Below, piece by piece: positions 36,234-48,579 of a DNA stretch of 49,947 nucleotides. The DNA comes from Octopus sinensis (Eukaryota). The notes beneath the pieces were generated by a model. That model did no database searches. It had not been told where the DNA came from and saw only the letters and a list, made by a program, of their open reading frames with translations. The position numbers and the translations under genes were made by a program. The first letter of the stretch is position 1. Each line of letters begins with the position of its first letter. The stretch is from contig NW_021834455.1 of NCBI RefSeq assembly GCF_006345805.1, positions 1-49,947 on the forward strand. The letters are read 5' to 3'.

Positions 36234-36912
36234 TATATAAGTTGTAATAATGAAATCAAATCAAATACTGCAACCATTACGTAAAATGCCCCACCCCCAA
36301 CTTCGGCCCTTCACAAGTACCTGGGAGTCTGGCAAAGAGTTTGACCGGAATATACACTAATGCACCCACAAACAAACCCGCCCCAGCACAGCGGATATCC
36401 ACCCAATCGACTTTTGTCCATCAGCTCCCACATGTATTGTCGCCCTACACACACCGCATGCATATATAAATGGCCCACAAATTTAATCAAAGCATAAAAG
36501 AAAGGAAACACACTAAAGAACACAATTGTGTGCCCCACCCCACCGCCAAGGTTACACGTAGAGTACCACATATTCCATTTCCACAAGAGTACCAACCTTA
36601 AAGTGGAACAAATTTCTCTCAAACACTTTTCCAGGAAACTCTTGCCGACTTGTAACAAAACCACTCCCAGAGACGATGTTTTGGCACCAAGAGACATAAC
36701 TCTTAACTTACCCCCCTCCAGGTCAATTCATTTCGTCATTTTTTACACACCATCCACAAACCGTATGTGTTTATTCACCTCTAACAATAGAAAGCAGTTG
36801 CCATATTTCATTTCATAACGGCTACCTCTGATGAGTGCAGAGTTGCATAATCGGACTGTTACCAAACTTGCATTGGTTAATGTTTGCAGGTCTTGCGGCC
36901 AGAAGTAATGCT

Positions 36913-37110
36913 GCGAGCTGGCCGAATCGTCAGCCTGACAAAATGCTTTGTGACGTTTCTTCCGGCTTTATGTTCTAAGTTTTAATTCCACCGAAGACGA
37001 CTTTGTATTTCATCCTTTCGTGGTCGATGAAGAAAGTATCAAATAAATAATGAGTCCGATGTCATCAGCCTGCCCCATAAAATTGCTGGCCTTGTGCCAA
37101 AATTAGAAAA
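36913..37110 (+). mobile_element. Old diverged SINE-A-related copy
   Basis: GCGAGCTGGCCGAATCGTCAGC..TTTCATCCTTTCGTGGTCGAT..GGCCTTGTGCC. Confidence 0.7.
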
Positions 37111-37403
37111 GATATTACTGCCAAAAGTGAATTAGCTTAAAAATTCAGGAAAGTGTGGGGAGAAACGAAAATTAATGTTAATGTATTTGAAAAACGGAAA
37201 AGCTATATTAAATCATAAGATTTATCTTTTCAAAAGACAAAAAATGCTGTACAGTCAAAGATAAACTTTAAAACTACAATTGGAGTTTTTACAGTTATAT
37301 AAGATTCAACGAAGGCTAATACAAGAACAGCAACAGAGCTCATACAGAAGACACCATGTGACCGTCTTCCTTGCTGCCTTGTTTCTAATAATCTTTCTTT
37401 GAT

Positions 37404-37775
37404 AGCCAGCGAGCTGGTAGAAACGTTTGCACGCCTGGAGAAATGCTTAGCGGTATTTCGTCTGCCGTTACGTTCTGAGTTAAAATTCTGCCGAGGTCGA
37501 CTTTGCCTTTCATCCTTTCGGGATGTACCAGTTGCATACTGGATCGATCTAATCGACTGGCCCCACTCCTCAAAAATTTCGGACCTTGTGCGAAGAATAT
37601 TTATTAATACGTCACCTGTCATTACGTTCTGAGTCCAAATTCCGCCGAGGTTGACTTTGCCTTTCAGCCTTTCGGGGTCGATAAATTAAGTACCAGCTGC
37701 GTACTGGGGTCGATCTAATCGGCTGCCCTCCCCCACTCCAAAAAACAAATTTCGGGCCTTGTGCCCAGAGTAAAC
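37404..37775 (+). mobile_element. Two adjacent SINE-A (tail A1) copies: full length 37404-37597 and truncated 37621-37775
   Basis: Both end AAATTTCGG(A/G)CCTTGTGC; separated by an unrelated ~25-bp spacer. Confidence 0.85.
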
Positions 37776-38085
37776 TTCCCTCCATACATGAAGCAGATTC
37801 CAGTCACATCGGTTTTAATGATGTTTTAGAAAATTCTTCCTCTTCCATTCTTTGTTCATGTGATTTCGTTCTTTTGGTTTGACTTGGAGGATTGGAGTCT
37901 TCTTGTCTGTGTTATTCTACAGGGTTGCCACAAGTGGAATATATTTAAAATAGAGAAAAATAGCACTTAGTCACGATGAGGCTAAAATTGCGACGATTAA
38001 AAAATCATAAGCATGTAAGTTTACCATATATCACCTCCCCGTCCCGCCTCTATCACTATACACACACACACACATGTATACATGC

Positions 38086-38146
<61 letters not shown>

Positions 38147-38187
38147 TATGTATGTGTTGGTGTGTGTGTGTATATATATATATACAT

Positions 38188-38280
38188 ATCCCACTCATGA
38201 GGAATCGATGCTAGACATGTCGAAACAGCTGTCGTGATTAATAATAAATTCTCGTATATACCATCTTCCGTCTTTCATTT
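38188..38280 (+). mobile_element. Penelope-like terminal remnant with degenerate hammerhead
   Basis: CTCATGA-G..C-GAAAC-AGCT-GTC followed by AATAAA. Confidence 0.45.
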
Positions 38281-38297
38281 CCCATATATATACATAT

Positions 38298-38355
<58 letters not shown>

Positions 38356-38359
38356 TACA

Positions 38360-38553
38360 TTCGCCATGATTGATCGCTAGCCACTAAACCTTTTTGTATT
38401 TTCTTTCTCTCTTTATTTTCTTGCGTTTCTTTCTGTTGAAGAGGGTAGGCTCGAAACGTAAAAGACATTCTCGCTTCCCCAGCGTTAAACTAATACATCT
38501 GCTTGTTGTGTACACAACCGTCTTCGTCTTTTTCATTTTTTGTAAATTCCCAC
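38360..38553 (+). mobile_element. Second copy of the short Penelope-like element
   Basis: Aligns with 34823-35022; TCTTT-CTGTTGA-A-GAG..CTC-GAAAC-GTA-AAAGA. Confidence 0.6.
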
Positions 38554-38631
38554 TATATATAGGCATATATATTATGTACATACACATGTATGTACATATA
38601 TTTATGTATATGTATGCATGTGTACATATCC

Positions 38632-38697
<66 letters not shown>

Positions 38698-40622
38698 CAT
38701 ACATACATACATATATGTGTGTATATATATATATAATGTATATATATGTATGTATCTATCTCTCTCTCTCCTCTCTCCTCTCTCTCTATATCTATTTATC
38801 TATTTATCTATCTATCTATATAAGATAAAGATCGATAGCAGTTAGCCACCACAGCGGTAATAATATAATCAGCAGCTACAAAATAACTACAACAACAACA
38901 CCAAGAGCAACAATAACTCTAGCAAGAGATGTTTTGAAGATAAGTTGTATAATAACTGGCAGAATGTTGTATTCTTTTGGACGACATGTTTCGTTTATCA
39001 CACCAATATGGCTGACGTCTTTGATGCTCTTCCAATATGGCGGCCCTATAGCCAAGTTTATACCTTCCTTCCTTCCTCCGCCATTCCTCCATTGATGATT
39101 TATTAAACAACAATAACAACAGCAATAACGAAAACGCTGTCACCAATCACAACAACAGCAACAACAGCAACGACAGCAACGACACTCTGCTGAAGTATAA
39201 CAATACCAGCAACAATACCGACAATAATAATCATATAACACAATCAACAACTATAACAACAACAACAACAATTATAACATTATCAAGAAAAACAACGACA
39301 ACAACAGGAGTAGAAGCAGCAGCAGCAGTAGGAGTGATAATAACGTCAATAACAAACACAACAACATTATTTATAACACCACCAACAACCACATCAATAA
39401 CAAAACAAAAAAGACAGCAGTATTATCATGAATAACAACAACGACAACGGCAGCAATAACAACATTATCAACGATAACAACAACAACAACAACAACAACA
39501 ACAAGGCCAGAAAGAACGTGCAGAAAAGGAAGAGGAAGGAGAAGAAGAACAATAACAATGGCAAAGCATTCATAAAAAACAAATAAAATAGCATCAAAAA
39601 AAGATATATTAAATCAGGTTTTGTTGTTTAATGTTGTTCAATATTGTTGTTATTGTAAACAGTTGTTGTTGTTGCTACGCATCTTGTTCTTGTTGCTGTT
39701 GTTGTGCTCTTTCCTTTGTTTTCTTCGTTTTTTTTTCTCCCTTGACTCTTTTCTTCTCTTATTTTCCTTTTGTTGTTGTTGCTGTTGTTGTTTCAGTTGT
39801 CTTCACATTTTTATTCCATCAGGAACGGTAAAAAAAAAAAGAAAAATCAAACAAAATATAAATTACATACAAAAAAAAATCGAAATTTCAGCAAATATAA
39901 AAAAAAATGGAGAAGAACGAAAATAAAACACTCTTTCATCTTCTTTTGATCTTTCATTCATAACTCTTTCTTCTTTATTCATTGACTTTTACTCTCTCTC
40001 TTTCTCTCTTATCTCTCTCTCTCTCTCTCTCTGTTATTATTGTGTTTCCGTTTTCTTCATTAATTTAACTAATTTATTTATATGTATTTTTTATATTTAA
40101 TAATCTATTTATTTTATTTTATTTTATTTTGGGTCTCCCCCCCCCTCCTTCACGTTTGTGATTATTTTTTTTACATTTATTATCGGTCATGTGTATGTGT
40201 GCGTGTGTGTGTATTTATGTATATGTTCACTTTGTGTATGTGTGTGCTGTGTGTCTATGTACATGGTTTATCATTGTGTGAGTATGATGTGATATAGTGA
40301 GGTGTATGTGTGTCCCACGAGGGGTGATGCAGAGTGGTGTAACGTAGAGCGGCGTGCTGTTAAGATATTTGCAAAAGAATGAATTCTGGTCGCGGCATCT
40401 CGGTACCAGGCTGTGGTGTTAAACAGGGGGGGATGCATTCTACCGACCCCACAAATTAAAAGTCCTCAGGGACCAAATAGTGGGGGGGGAGTAATCAGAA
40501 GAAAAGCCACGAACTAGACGGAGAAGCACTGCAAAAAGGGCTACGGACCCGGCCATTAAAACAAAACCATTAAAAAAATGGGAAAAGTTAGAAAAAGAAA
40601 AAGAAACAGATTTACAAAAAAA

Positions 40623-40960
40623 AAATTGTTTCAGGGTCATTGGAGTGTGGCCATACTGGGGCAGCGGTTTTAAAGGTTTAGGCGAACAAATCCTCTCCGA
40701 TACTTGTTTATTCAAATCTGATAATTATTCTATCGCTGTGTTTTTTTGACAAACCGCGAAGTTTTGGGGACATAAACAAACCAACAGCGGTTGTGAAGCT
40801 AGGGAGAGACAAATACAAAGACACACACACATGCGTGACCCCCGTGGCATCGGTCGGTCCAGAGTACACAAGAGAACATTTGTCGAAAGTGCCGCCACAG
40901 AGTGGGACTGAACCCGGAGCGAAGGGGTTAGGAAGAGAGCTAACACAGCCATAACTGTGC
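40623..40960 (-). mobile_element. Old SINE-B-related copy
   Basis: Contains GAGTGGGACTGAACCCGG, TGTGGCCATACTGGGGC and GGGGACATAAACAAACCAACAGCGGTTG on the plus strand, collinear with SINE-B. Confidence 0.65.
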
Positions 40961-41206
40961 ATTTCATTAGAAACTACATTTAGTAAGCGGCACATTTACG
41001 ACGGATACTCCATGTGTCAACGACGGGGCCACTAGGATCTTTCTTTACTTCGGAAAAGTGTTCTGCTTAAAAGCTTAAAAGTCTCCTCCTACCACACCTC
41101 ACGAATTTATCCTCGACGGTCCTTAATCGCTGGTTTAATCCCAGATCCTCGTTAAGCAAGCAAGCAAAGTTATGATCAAACACGCCCCAGCTGTGACAGA
41201 TGAAGG

Positions 41207-41380
41207 CGCTTGGCCGATTGGTTTAGGGTATTGCACTCACTCTTGTGATCGTGGTTTCGATTCTCGGAACAAGTGGTGTGTTGTGCCCTGGAGCAAGACA
41301 TTCCATTTCATGTTACCCCAGACCACTCAGCTGTAAATGGTCCACCCTTTGTGACGGACGGGGGTACCGCATTGATGTCG
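41207..41380 (+). mobile_element. Old SINE-D-like (tRNA head + CORE-like) copy
   Basis: GGCCGATTGGTTTAGG..GGTTTCGATTCTC..GTGCCCTGGAGCAAGACA..CCACTCAGCTG. Confidence 0.55.
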
Positions 41381-41528
41381 GTCACATATACACCAAGGAA
41401 ACTAGGTAAGTGACCCTATGTGTCCTCAGAATCAAGATCAGAGGATGACCATGTGGATAACCAGAGGATGGCTATGTGGATAATCAGATGCGTGTGTGTA
41501 TTGCATATGCGTGAGGGTACGTGTGTTG

Positions 41529-41559
<31 letters not shown>

Positions 41560-41922
41560 GCATGTATATATAAATATATGTTGTTATTTTCTTGTTTGTA
41601 ATTGTAATTGTGTACCATGTTCTCCATTTTTCGTCTTTTTCTGTACCATGTTCTCCGTGTTTTGTCTTTGTAGCCGTAGACATTCGCTAGCTTTCTTACA
41701 AAGGGGTCTAATGCTCTTAGCTTTGACTTTTTGGGGGGCAACCAGATCGAATCATCTCAAATGTAACTGCCAGAAACAGTCGTGACATCTGGAACTTGAC
41801 TGAGGAAAGAAGGCCACAAATGACCCGTCTTTTTTTTGCCTGTCCTAATTGTTGTTTCTCTTGTCCGCCTTTGTATCGTCTATCTGTCCGAATGTTTTAA
41901 TATCCTCCATTGCATTTTTGTT

Positions 41923-41982
<60 letters not shown>

Positions 41983-42104
41983 CGTAGCCACTTTAACATG
42001 GCTTTCCGTTCAAACGGATTCTACTGCAACTTTTTAACCCCAGGAGGACATCTCTTCTAGCTGGTGTTAACGATCCTCTTTATAAACAATCAGAACCACA
42101 TACT

Positions 42105-42257
42105 GTACCAACCTTGGGCTGAAGGCCCACAGCTTTTTAATATCTTGCGAAAGAAGCTAACCGTTCTTGGAGAGATGTTCTACATGCATCTGGATAACTT
42201 AATACTTGTGATTACAGGCGAACCAACGTCGCTGCAAGAGGCGCAAATGAGGACAGT
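42105..42257 (+). mobile_element. CR1-clade LINE ORF2 C-terminal fragment
   Basis: GPQLFNILRKKL..LDNLILVITGEPTSLQEAQMRT, homologous to the opposite-strand copy next to it. Confidence 0.65.
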
Positions 42258-42261
42258 AGAC

Positions 42262-42580
42262 CCTGTTTTTTCTTCTTTCATTGGTTTCAACCTGAGAGCT
42301 GCGGCCATGCTGGGGCAACGCCGTTAGCTTTGCTACACTTTCACTACTTGAAACCTCCGCTGATATGTGACGTTTGGTGAAGGAGGGAGTTTGATGTTGC
42401 TGTCTTCATTTGTGTTTCCTGCTGCGATCTAGGTTCAACCGGAACTCTTAACAAGGGGAGATCCAGTTTTGTTTTGAAGACACTTACATCCACCCAATGC
42501 AGGTCTCTTAAGCTTTTTAGAAGGATATTGAAGAGCTGTAGGCCCTTGAAACCTAAGCTGTTGCAAAATCTCATTCCGTG
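42262..42580 (-). mobile_element. CR1-clade LINE 3' end (ORF2 C-terminus plus 3' UTR)
   Basis: NSLGFKGLQLFNILLKSLRDLH..FKTKLDL..VPVEP..SNSLLHQ matches the CR1 pattern GP.LFN.LP..LR..FK.KLD..L..VPDEP..SNSL. Stop at 42344-42346; UTR carries GGCGTTGCCCCAGCATGGCCGCAG. Confidence 0.8.
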
Positions 42581-42642
42581 TCCAGACGTCAATATCTTAT
42601 TCACCAAAAATTAAATATTATTGAGCAGCGTTGATTGCATAG

Positions 42643-42695
42643 CCGGTACTCCAGCATGGCCACAGCCCTAGGATGAAACATGTAAAAGAGTAAAA
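42643..42695 (+). mobile_element. Isolated CR1/SINE-B-type 3' tail
   Basis: CCGGTACTCCAGCATGGCCACAG..TGAAACATGTAAAAGAGTAAAA. Confidence 0.7.
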
Positions 42696-43319
42696 TTGTG
42701 TGTGTATCAATTGTGTATTAATTAATTGTGTATTGATTAAACAGTTTGATTCGGTTCGAAGCGAAGTAAAGTTACGCGGGCCTCCAACAGGTTTAGATTA
42801 CCGAATGGAAGAATGCAGGAAGCCCAAGATGGTTACTGGAAAATTGGCTGCTATTGGTCAAGACGGGTCACATGGTGTTGTCATAGTAGGCTCAATTGCT
42901 CAGCTACACCAGTTCCTTCTTTGGCCGCGAAGCTGGACAGGAAGCTGGTGGCGCTTAGATGTTTGGATGCGTCAGAAGTACGACCGGTGTGTGTGTATGT
43001 GCGCGCGCATACACACACACGCATACACATACACATCAAATTAAAGAAAGGAGAAAGAAATAGGAATTGCGTAATCAGCTTCATTGGCTAACAGCTGTTT
43101 CTGCTACAGGGTGTAATGTTCTCAGAGCTGAGTGCTTGAGCATCTTATAGCAGAACCGGAAGTTATGAGCGAATGGAGCCGATTACGTAATCCCTAATCC
43201 CTTGTTCTTCTTTTGCTTTGGTACTCCTTCCATTTTACACTCAGCATTCGCCTTACCCTTTATCCAGGAAGCATATCCAGGTTATTTGTATCACCATACC
43301 GAAGCGAAATGCTAATACG

Positions 43320-43451
43320 GATGTGTGTGTGCGTGTGTGCGTGTGTGCGTGTGTGCGTGTGTGCGTGTGTGCGTGTATGTGTGTATATTTTTGTGTGCTT
43401 GTATGTGTGTGCTTTGGTGTTGCACGTATGTGTGTATGTGCATGTCTATGT

Positions 43452-43482
<31 letters not shown>

Positions 43483-44240
43483 CTTGTGTGTTGTACGTAT
43501 TTGTATGTGTGTGTGCGTGTGTTTGTGAGTGTGCTTGTGTGTGTGCGTTTATGTGTGTGTACTTATATGTTGTGCGTGTGTATGTATGTGTGTATGTGTT
43601 TGTATGTATGTGTGAAAGTTTTTGTATGTGTGTGTGTGCTTTGGGGTTTCACGCGTGTGTGTGCATGTGTATGTATGTGTGTGTGTATGTCTGTGCGTGT
43701 GAGTTTGTGAGTGTGCTCGTGTGTGTGTACTTGTATGTTGTGCATGTGTATGTATGTATATATGTGTGTATGTATGTATCTTTGTGTGCATGTGTGTGTA
43801 GGTATGTGTGCGTATGTGCATGTATTTGTGTGTGTGTATGCGTGTGTATGTCTGTGTACATGTGCGTGAGTGTGTGTGTGTATGTGTGCGTGTGTGCATG
43901 TATATATGTACGTATGTGCATGCGCGTGTGTGTGTCTGCCTGATGTGCATGCGTGTGTGTATGTGTTTGTGTGCATGTATGTGTATTTCTGTGCGTGTGT
44001 CTACGTATGCGTATGTATGTGTGTTTTTGTGTGCATGTGTGTGTATTTGTGTGTGTATACGTGTGTCTGTGTACGCGTGTATGTGTGTGTATATATATGC
44101 ATGATGTGCATGTGTGTGTATATGTACTTGTGTGTATATGTGCGTCTGTATATGTGCATGTGTGTATATGTACATGTATATATGTGCATGCGTGTGTGTG
44201 TATGCGTGAATGTGTGTGTGTGTGTGTTTGTGTGTGTGTG
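43320..44240. repeat. Degenerate (TG)-rich low-complexity tract
   Basis: Seen directly. Confidence 0.9.
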
Positions 44241-44429
44241 TTTCACCTGTGTGTGTACCATATATTTTAGTATCAAAACTATTTTCCTGCCTTGGCTCTT
44301 TCAACGTTCTTTATAGTATCATTTTTGTTTTTTTTTGTCAAAAAGTCAAAACAACAACAACAACAACAACAACAACTCTAATCTAAAATTTTGATTGATC
44401 TGTATCGAACATTTTAGTTTCCTGAAATA

Positions 44430-44509
44430 ATGACAACAACGACAACGGTGATGATGATGATGATGAGGATGATGATGATGACGACGATGATGATGATGAT
44501 GATGACGAC

Positions 44510-44581
<72 letters not shown>

Positions 44582-44611
44582 GATGATGATGATGATGATG
44601 ATGATGACGAC

Positions 44612-44701
<90 letters not shown>

Positions 44702-44911
44702 AATGATGAAGATGATGATGATGATGACGACGACGATGATGATGATGATGAGGACGGTGGCGGCGGCGGCAGCGGAGGCGGTGGTGTTGTAATAGTTCTG
44801 ATGATGAAGCTGATGCTGATGATGGTGATACTGTTGCTGCTACGCTGTAGTTTTTGTTGTTGCTATCATTATTATTATTTATTATCATTATTATTATTAT
44901 TATCATTATTA

Positions 44912-44958
<47 letters not shown>

Positions 44959-45170
44959 TATTATTATTAATGGTGGCAGTCGTAGTGGTAATGACGATGA
45001 AAAGAGTCGTCAGCATCATCAGCATCATACTGATGATGATAATGATGATGGTGATGATGATGGTGATGATGATGGTGATGATGATGATGATGGTGATGAT
45101 GATGGTGATGATGATGGTGATGATGATGATGATGATGATGGTGGTGTGTAGTAAAAACAATATCAAACAA
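44430..45170. repeat. (GAT)n, (TTA)n and (GAT/GGT)n trinucleotide tracts
   Basis: Seen directly. Confidence 0.95.
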
Positions 45171-45997
45171 CAATAATAATTGCAACAAAAACAAGAGCAA
45201 CATCAACAGCAACAATGATGATGATAACAACAACAACAACAACACAACAACAACAACAATAGTTAGTAAATTCGATGAGGACAGTTTTAACAAAGTTTTT
45301 CTTCCTTTTCAATTGACCTTTCCGATTGAGTTCTTTGCTTGACCTCTCGCAGATGACCTCCCAGACTGACCTTTCTGATTGATTACACCGAGAATGTCTT
45401 ATTTATGTGCCTCTCTCTGACAATATCAGGGAATATTTATGATTTCTCATTGGCCAGGTCAATGGAATCTTGGCTCACACACAACGTAAACAGTCTGTTA
45501 AATGTTGCCATGGTGTTGGGCTATTGACGAACGCCGCACACTTTGAGAAGTGGATCCATTAATAATTCCAAGACGGAAATAACCATTCTGTCGTTGAGTT
45601 AGTTGCAACACCAAATCAGATTCTTCCGACGTTATCAGTTACAACCCCCAAAAACCCAAACTCTAAGAATAGAGGTTCGCTCTCAAAGACATCAGTTTTG
45701 TTTTAAATAAAATATATTCCGTTGTCGCTGTTTAGCTCTGAGTCGGTGATGGCTTAACAGATCTGCGATCGAAGGCGTCGCATCTTCGTATCCATTCAGA
45801 CAAAGCTTATCTAAAGATCGCCTAATATAATTCAAAGACAGTAGAAGGCAATTAGAGGGATATTTGGTTGTTATTTCATGGTGATTGAGGTTCCACTTAG
45901 AGACATCGCTTGGATGACTCCTCCGACCGATTGAGTCTCTTGTTATAGAATCTACGTTGTGGCCTTTTATAAAATTGATTGTTGCTATCGTTTAGAC

Positions 45998-46221
45998 CAG
46001 GGGTGGGCAAACTACGGCCCGCGGGCCGCATGCGGCCCGCCATAGGTTTTCATGCGGCCCGCCGAGAGCTTTTATGAATCCCAACTTCTATGCAGATACT
46101 TCGTAACTGTTTCAGTGTACGGTAATTCACAATATTTTCACTTGATTTTTATAAATGAGGCCCGCCAAGGTTCCAAAGACGCACTGTGCGGCCCGCGATC
46201 AAAAAAGTTTGCCCACCCCTG
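45998..46221. mobile_element. hAT (Charlie-like) MITE
   Basis: Perfect 16-bp TIRs CAGGGGTGGGCAAACT/AGTTTGCCCACCCCTG, 8-bp TSD GTTTAGAC (45990-45997 and 46222-46229), subterminal GCGGCCC repeats. Confidence 0.95.
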
Positions 46222-46484
46222 GTTTAGACCCAAGGCAGCAAAGATCTAGCAGATGCATGATCAATGTGTTCCAGTTGTGACAATCGCATCGAGGCTTCCT
46301 TGTTTTACTTTTATAAAATAAATACCGTATTCGATGGTGTTTTTTCATCAAAAGTGTCTCCAAAAAGTCATCCCACGTCGGTCCTGCTGCAAGCTCTGAT
46401 GCACTTGGACCTTGTTTTCCTTATTATGCGCTTCTGAAATTAAGGGCCATCTCATATGCTTGTGTATGTTTAAGCTATCAAATA

Positions 46485-46960
46485 CGGTGTGTGCGTGTGT
46501 GTGTATGAATGTGTGTGTTATATGCATGTGTGTATATGTATGTGTTTTTGTGTGCAGGTGTGTGTGTGTTTGTGTGTGTGTACTTGTATGTGTGGGCTTG
46601 TGTGTGTGTTTGTGCATGTGTGTATGTATTTCTGTGCTTGTATGTGTGTGCTTGTGTATTGCACGTGTGTGTGTGCACGTGTATTTGTGTGCTTGTGTGT
46701 GTGTGCTTGTGTGTGTGTGCTTGTCTGTTGGACGCGTGTGTGTATGTGTGTGTGCATGTGTGTATATGTGTGTGTATGTGTGTGCGTGGGTTTGTGTGTG
46801 TTTGCATGTGTATGTATGTGTTTCTGTGTTGTATGTATGTAAGTGTGTGTATGTGTATATGCATTTGTGCGTATTTGTGTGTGCGTACTTATGTGTGTGT
46901 ATGTATGTGTTTGTGTGTTTGTGTGCGAATTTGTGTGTGTACGTATGTGTGTGTCTGTAT
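46485..46960. repeat. Degenerate (TG)-rich tract
   Basis: Seen directly. Confidence 0.9.
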
Positions 46961-46962
46961 GT

Positions 46963-47354
46963 GGCTAAACACAGAGGGTACAAACAAGGACAGACAAACG
47001 GATTAAGTCGATTACATCGACCCCAGTGCGTAACTGGTACTTAATCTATCGACCCCGTAAATATGAAAGGCAAAGTCGACCTCGGCGGAATTTGAACTCA
47101 GAACGTAACGGCAGACGAAATACCTATTCCTTTACTACCCACAAGGGGCTAAACACAGAGAGGACAAACAAGGACAGACAAACGGATTAAGTGGATTATA
47201 TCGACCCCAGTGCGTGACTGGTACTTATTTAATCGACCCCGAAAGGATGAAAGCAAAGTCGACCTCAGCAAAATTTGAACTCAGAACGGAGCGGCAAACG
47301 AAATATCGCTGAGCATTTCGCCCGGCCTGCTAACCATTCTGCCAGTTCGCCGCC
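46963..47354 (-). mobile_element. SINE-A dimer ending in tail A2
   Basis: Head at 47354; one GAAATACC|TATT junction at 47124/47125. Confidence 0.9.
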
Positions 47355-47908
47355 TTAATATAATATAATATAATAAATGTGAATGTCAGTGTGCCAGTGT
47401 GTCACAGTTTTTCAGCTTTACTCCTAGAAGCCGTAGCCCAACATATACCATTTTTGGAATCAGGCTGACTTAAAATTAAAAACATTCCACACCCACAATC
47501 TTGTCATTTTGGATTCCCAAGTTCTCATTACTGTGATTGTTTTCGGCGAGTATTTTACGTGACATTTTGCGATAACTTTTTTTGTACGACAACAATTTTT
47601 GTAATCTAAAGGCCAACTCCGTGAGTAAATTAAAAACGTTCTGGGACGAATCCGAACCTGCAAACCTGAAATCTTGGATTCCTATGTTCTCATTACTGCG
47701 ATTGTTTTCAGCGATCTTTTTACCTGATTTTTAGTGATGAATATGATCATCATTGGGATATGACCCTGGAGGAAGCAAGTGAAACAAATTCTGCAGAACA
47801 AGTCAGGGATCTGTTTGAAGATCTTCCTATTCAGGGTCAGTTACTTAAAAGCTTTATACTAGCTTCAAAACCACAAAACCATCTGATATAGTGGATTTTA
47901 AGTTAGTA

Positions 47909-47959
<51 letters not shown>

Positions 47960-47973
47960 GTGTGTGTGTATGT

Positions 47974-48014
<41 letters not shown>

Positions 48015-48189
48015 AGAATTAAATTACTTTGTTAGTCTTCACGTTAATCCTTCCGCAGAGAGAGTAACATGAGGGATTAGTGTTTCAAGCGGGTTCATTT
48101 GTCCTAGCTGTATTCTCTAACTGTGAAACGGCCTCTCATGTCTCTGTCCTCTGATAAAAACCGCAAAATCTTTTTTGTAACGTATTTTG

Positions 48190-48400
48190 CTCCGGGGAGG
48201 TCAGGCAGTTCTTATAAACTGTGCAAATAATCAAAGATACGTGATGTTGGTGTTGTCATCGATGTTCCAGGTGGAATTTCTGAGGGTTGGTGAAGCTTGG
48301 TGAGATGTTCCGTATGTGATGAATGTGAACGCGGAGGAGGTTTCAGTCGAGGCCAACTTGGGGAAGAAGGATTGGTCGGAATGCTTCGGTGCAGGTTTTT
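48190..48400 (-). mobile_element. Possible Penelope-like reverse transcriptase fragment
   Basis: Mixed frames give AFRPIL and HTEHLTKL..EIPPGT..SL*ELP, in the order of PLE RT motifs (RPIV; DT.HF..KL; LVT.DV.SLY..IP). Weak. Confidence 0.35.
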
Positions 48401-48579
48401 ATAGAAAGACAACACAAAATGGACATGAAGCTTTACGTTACTGACTGAATCTCTCATGAGCGTAAAATAGATTACACTGTTTGTAATTAGTCTCAGAACA
48501 GGTGTAAATAACAGGTATATAAAACAGGTGTCTATAACAGATATATAGAACAGGTGTGTATAATTGATGTTTATGTGAC

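Noticed and set aside
36270-36860. Penelope/LINE ORF remnant (HKYLGVW, YCRPTHT)
   Set aside because: Motif spacing is inconsistent and the similarity is too weak to call by eye.
37265-37402. GPCR-like peptide LYKIQRRL..VTVFLAALFLIIFL
   Set aside because: Only ~45 codons between stops, with no other transmembrane segments or donor site.
44346-44915. Poly-His ORF that might suggest a histidine-rich beak protein
   Set aside because: Antisense reading of (GAT)n; lacks Gly/Ala-containing repeat units.
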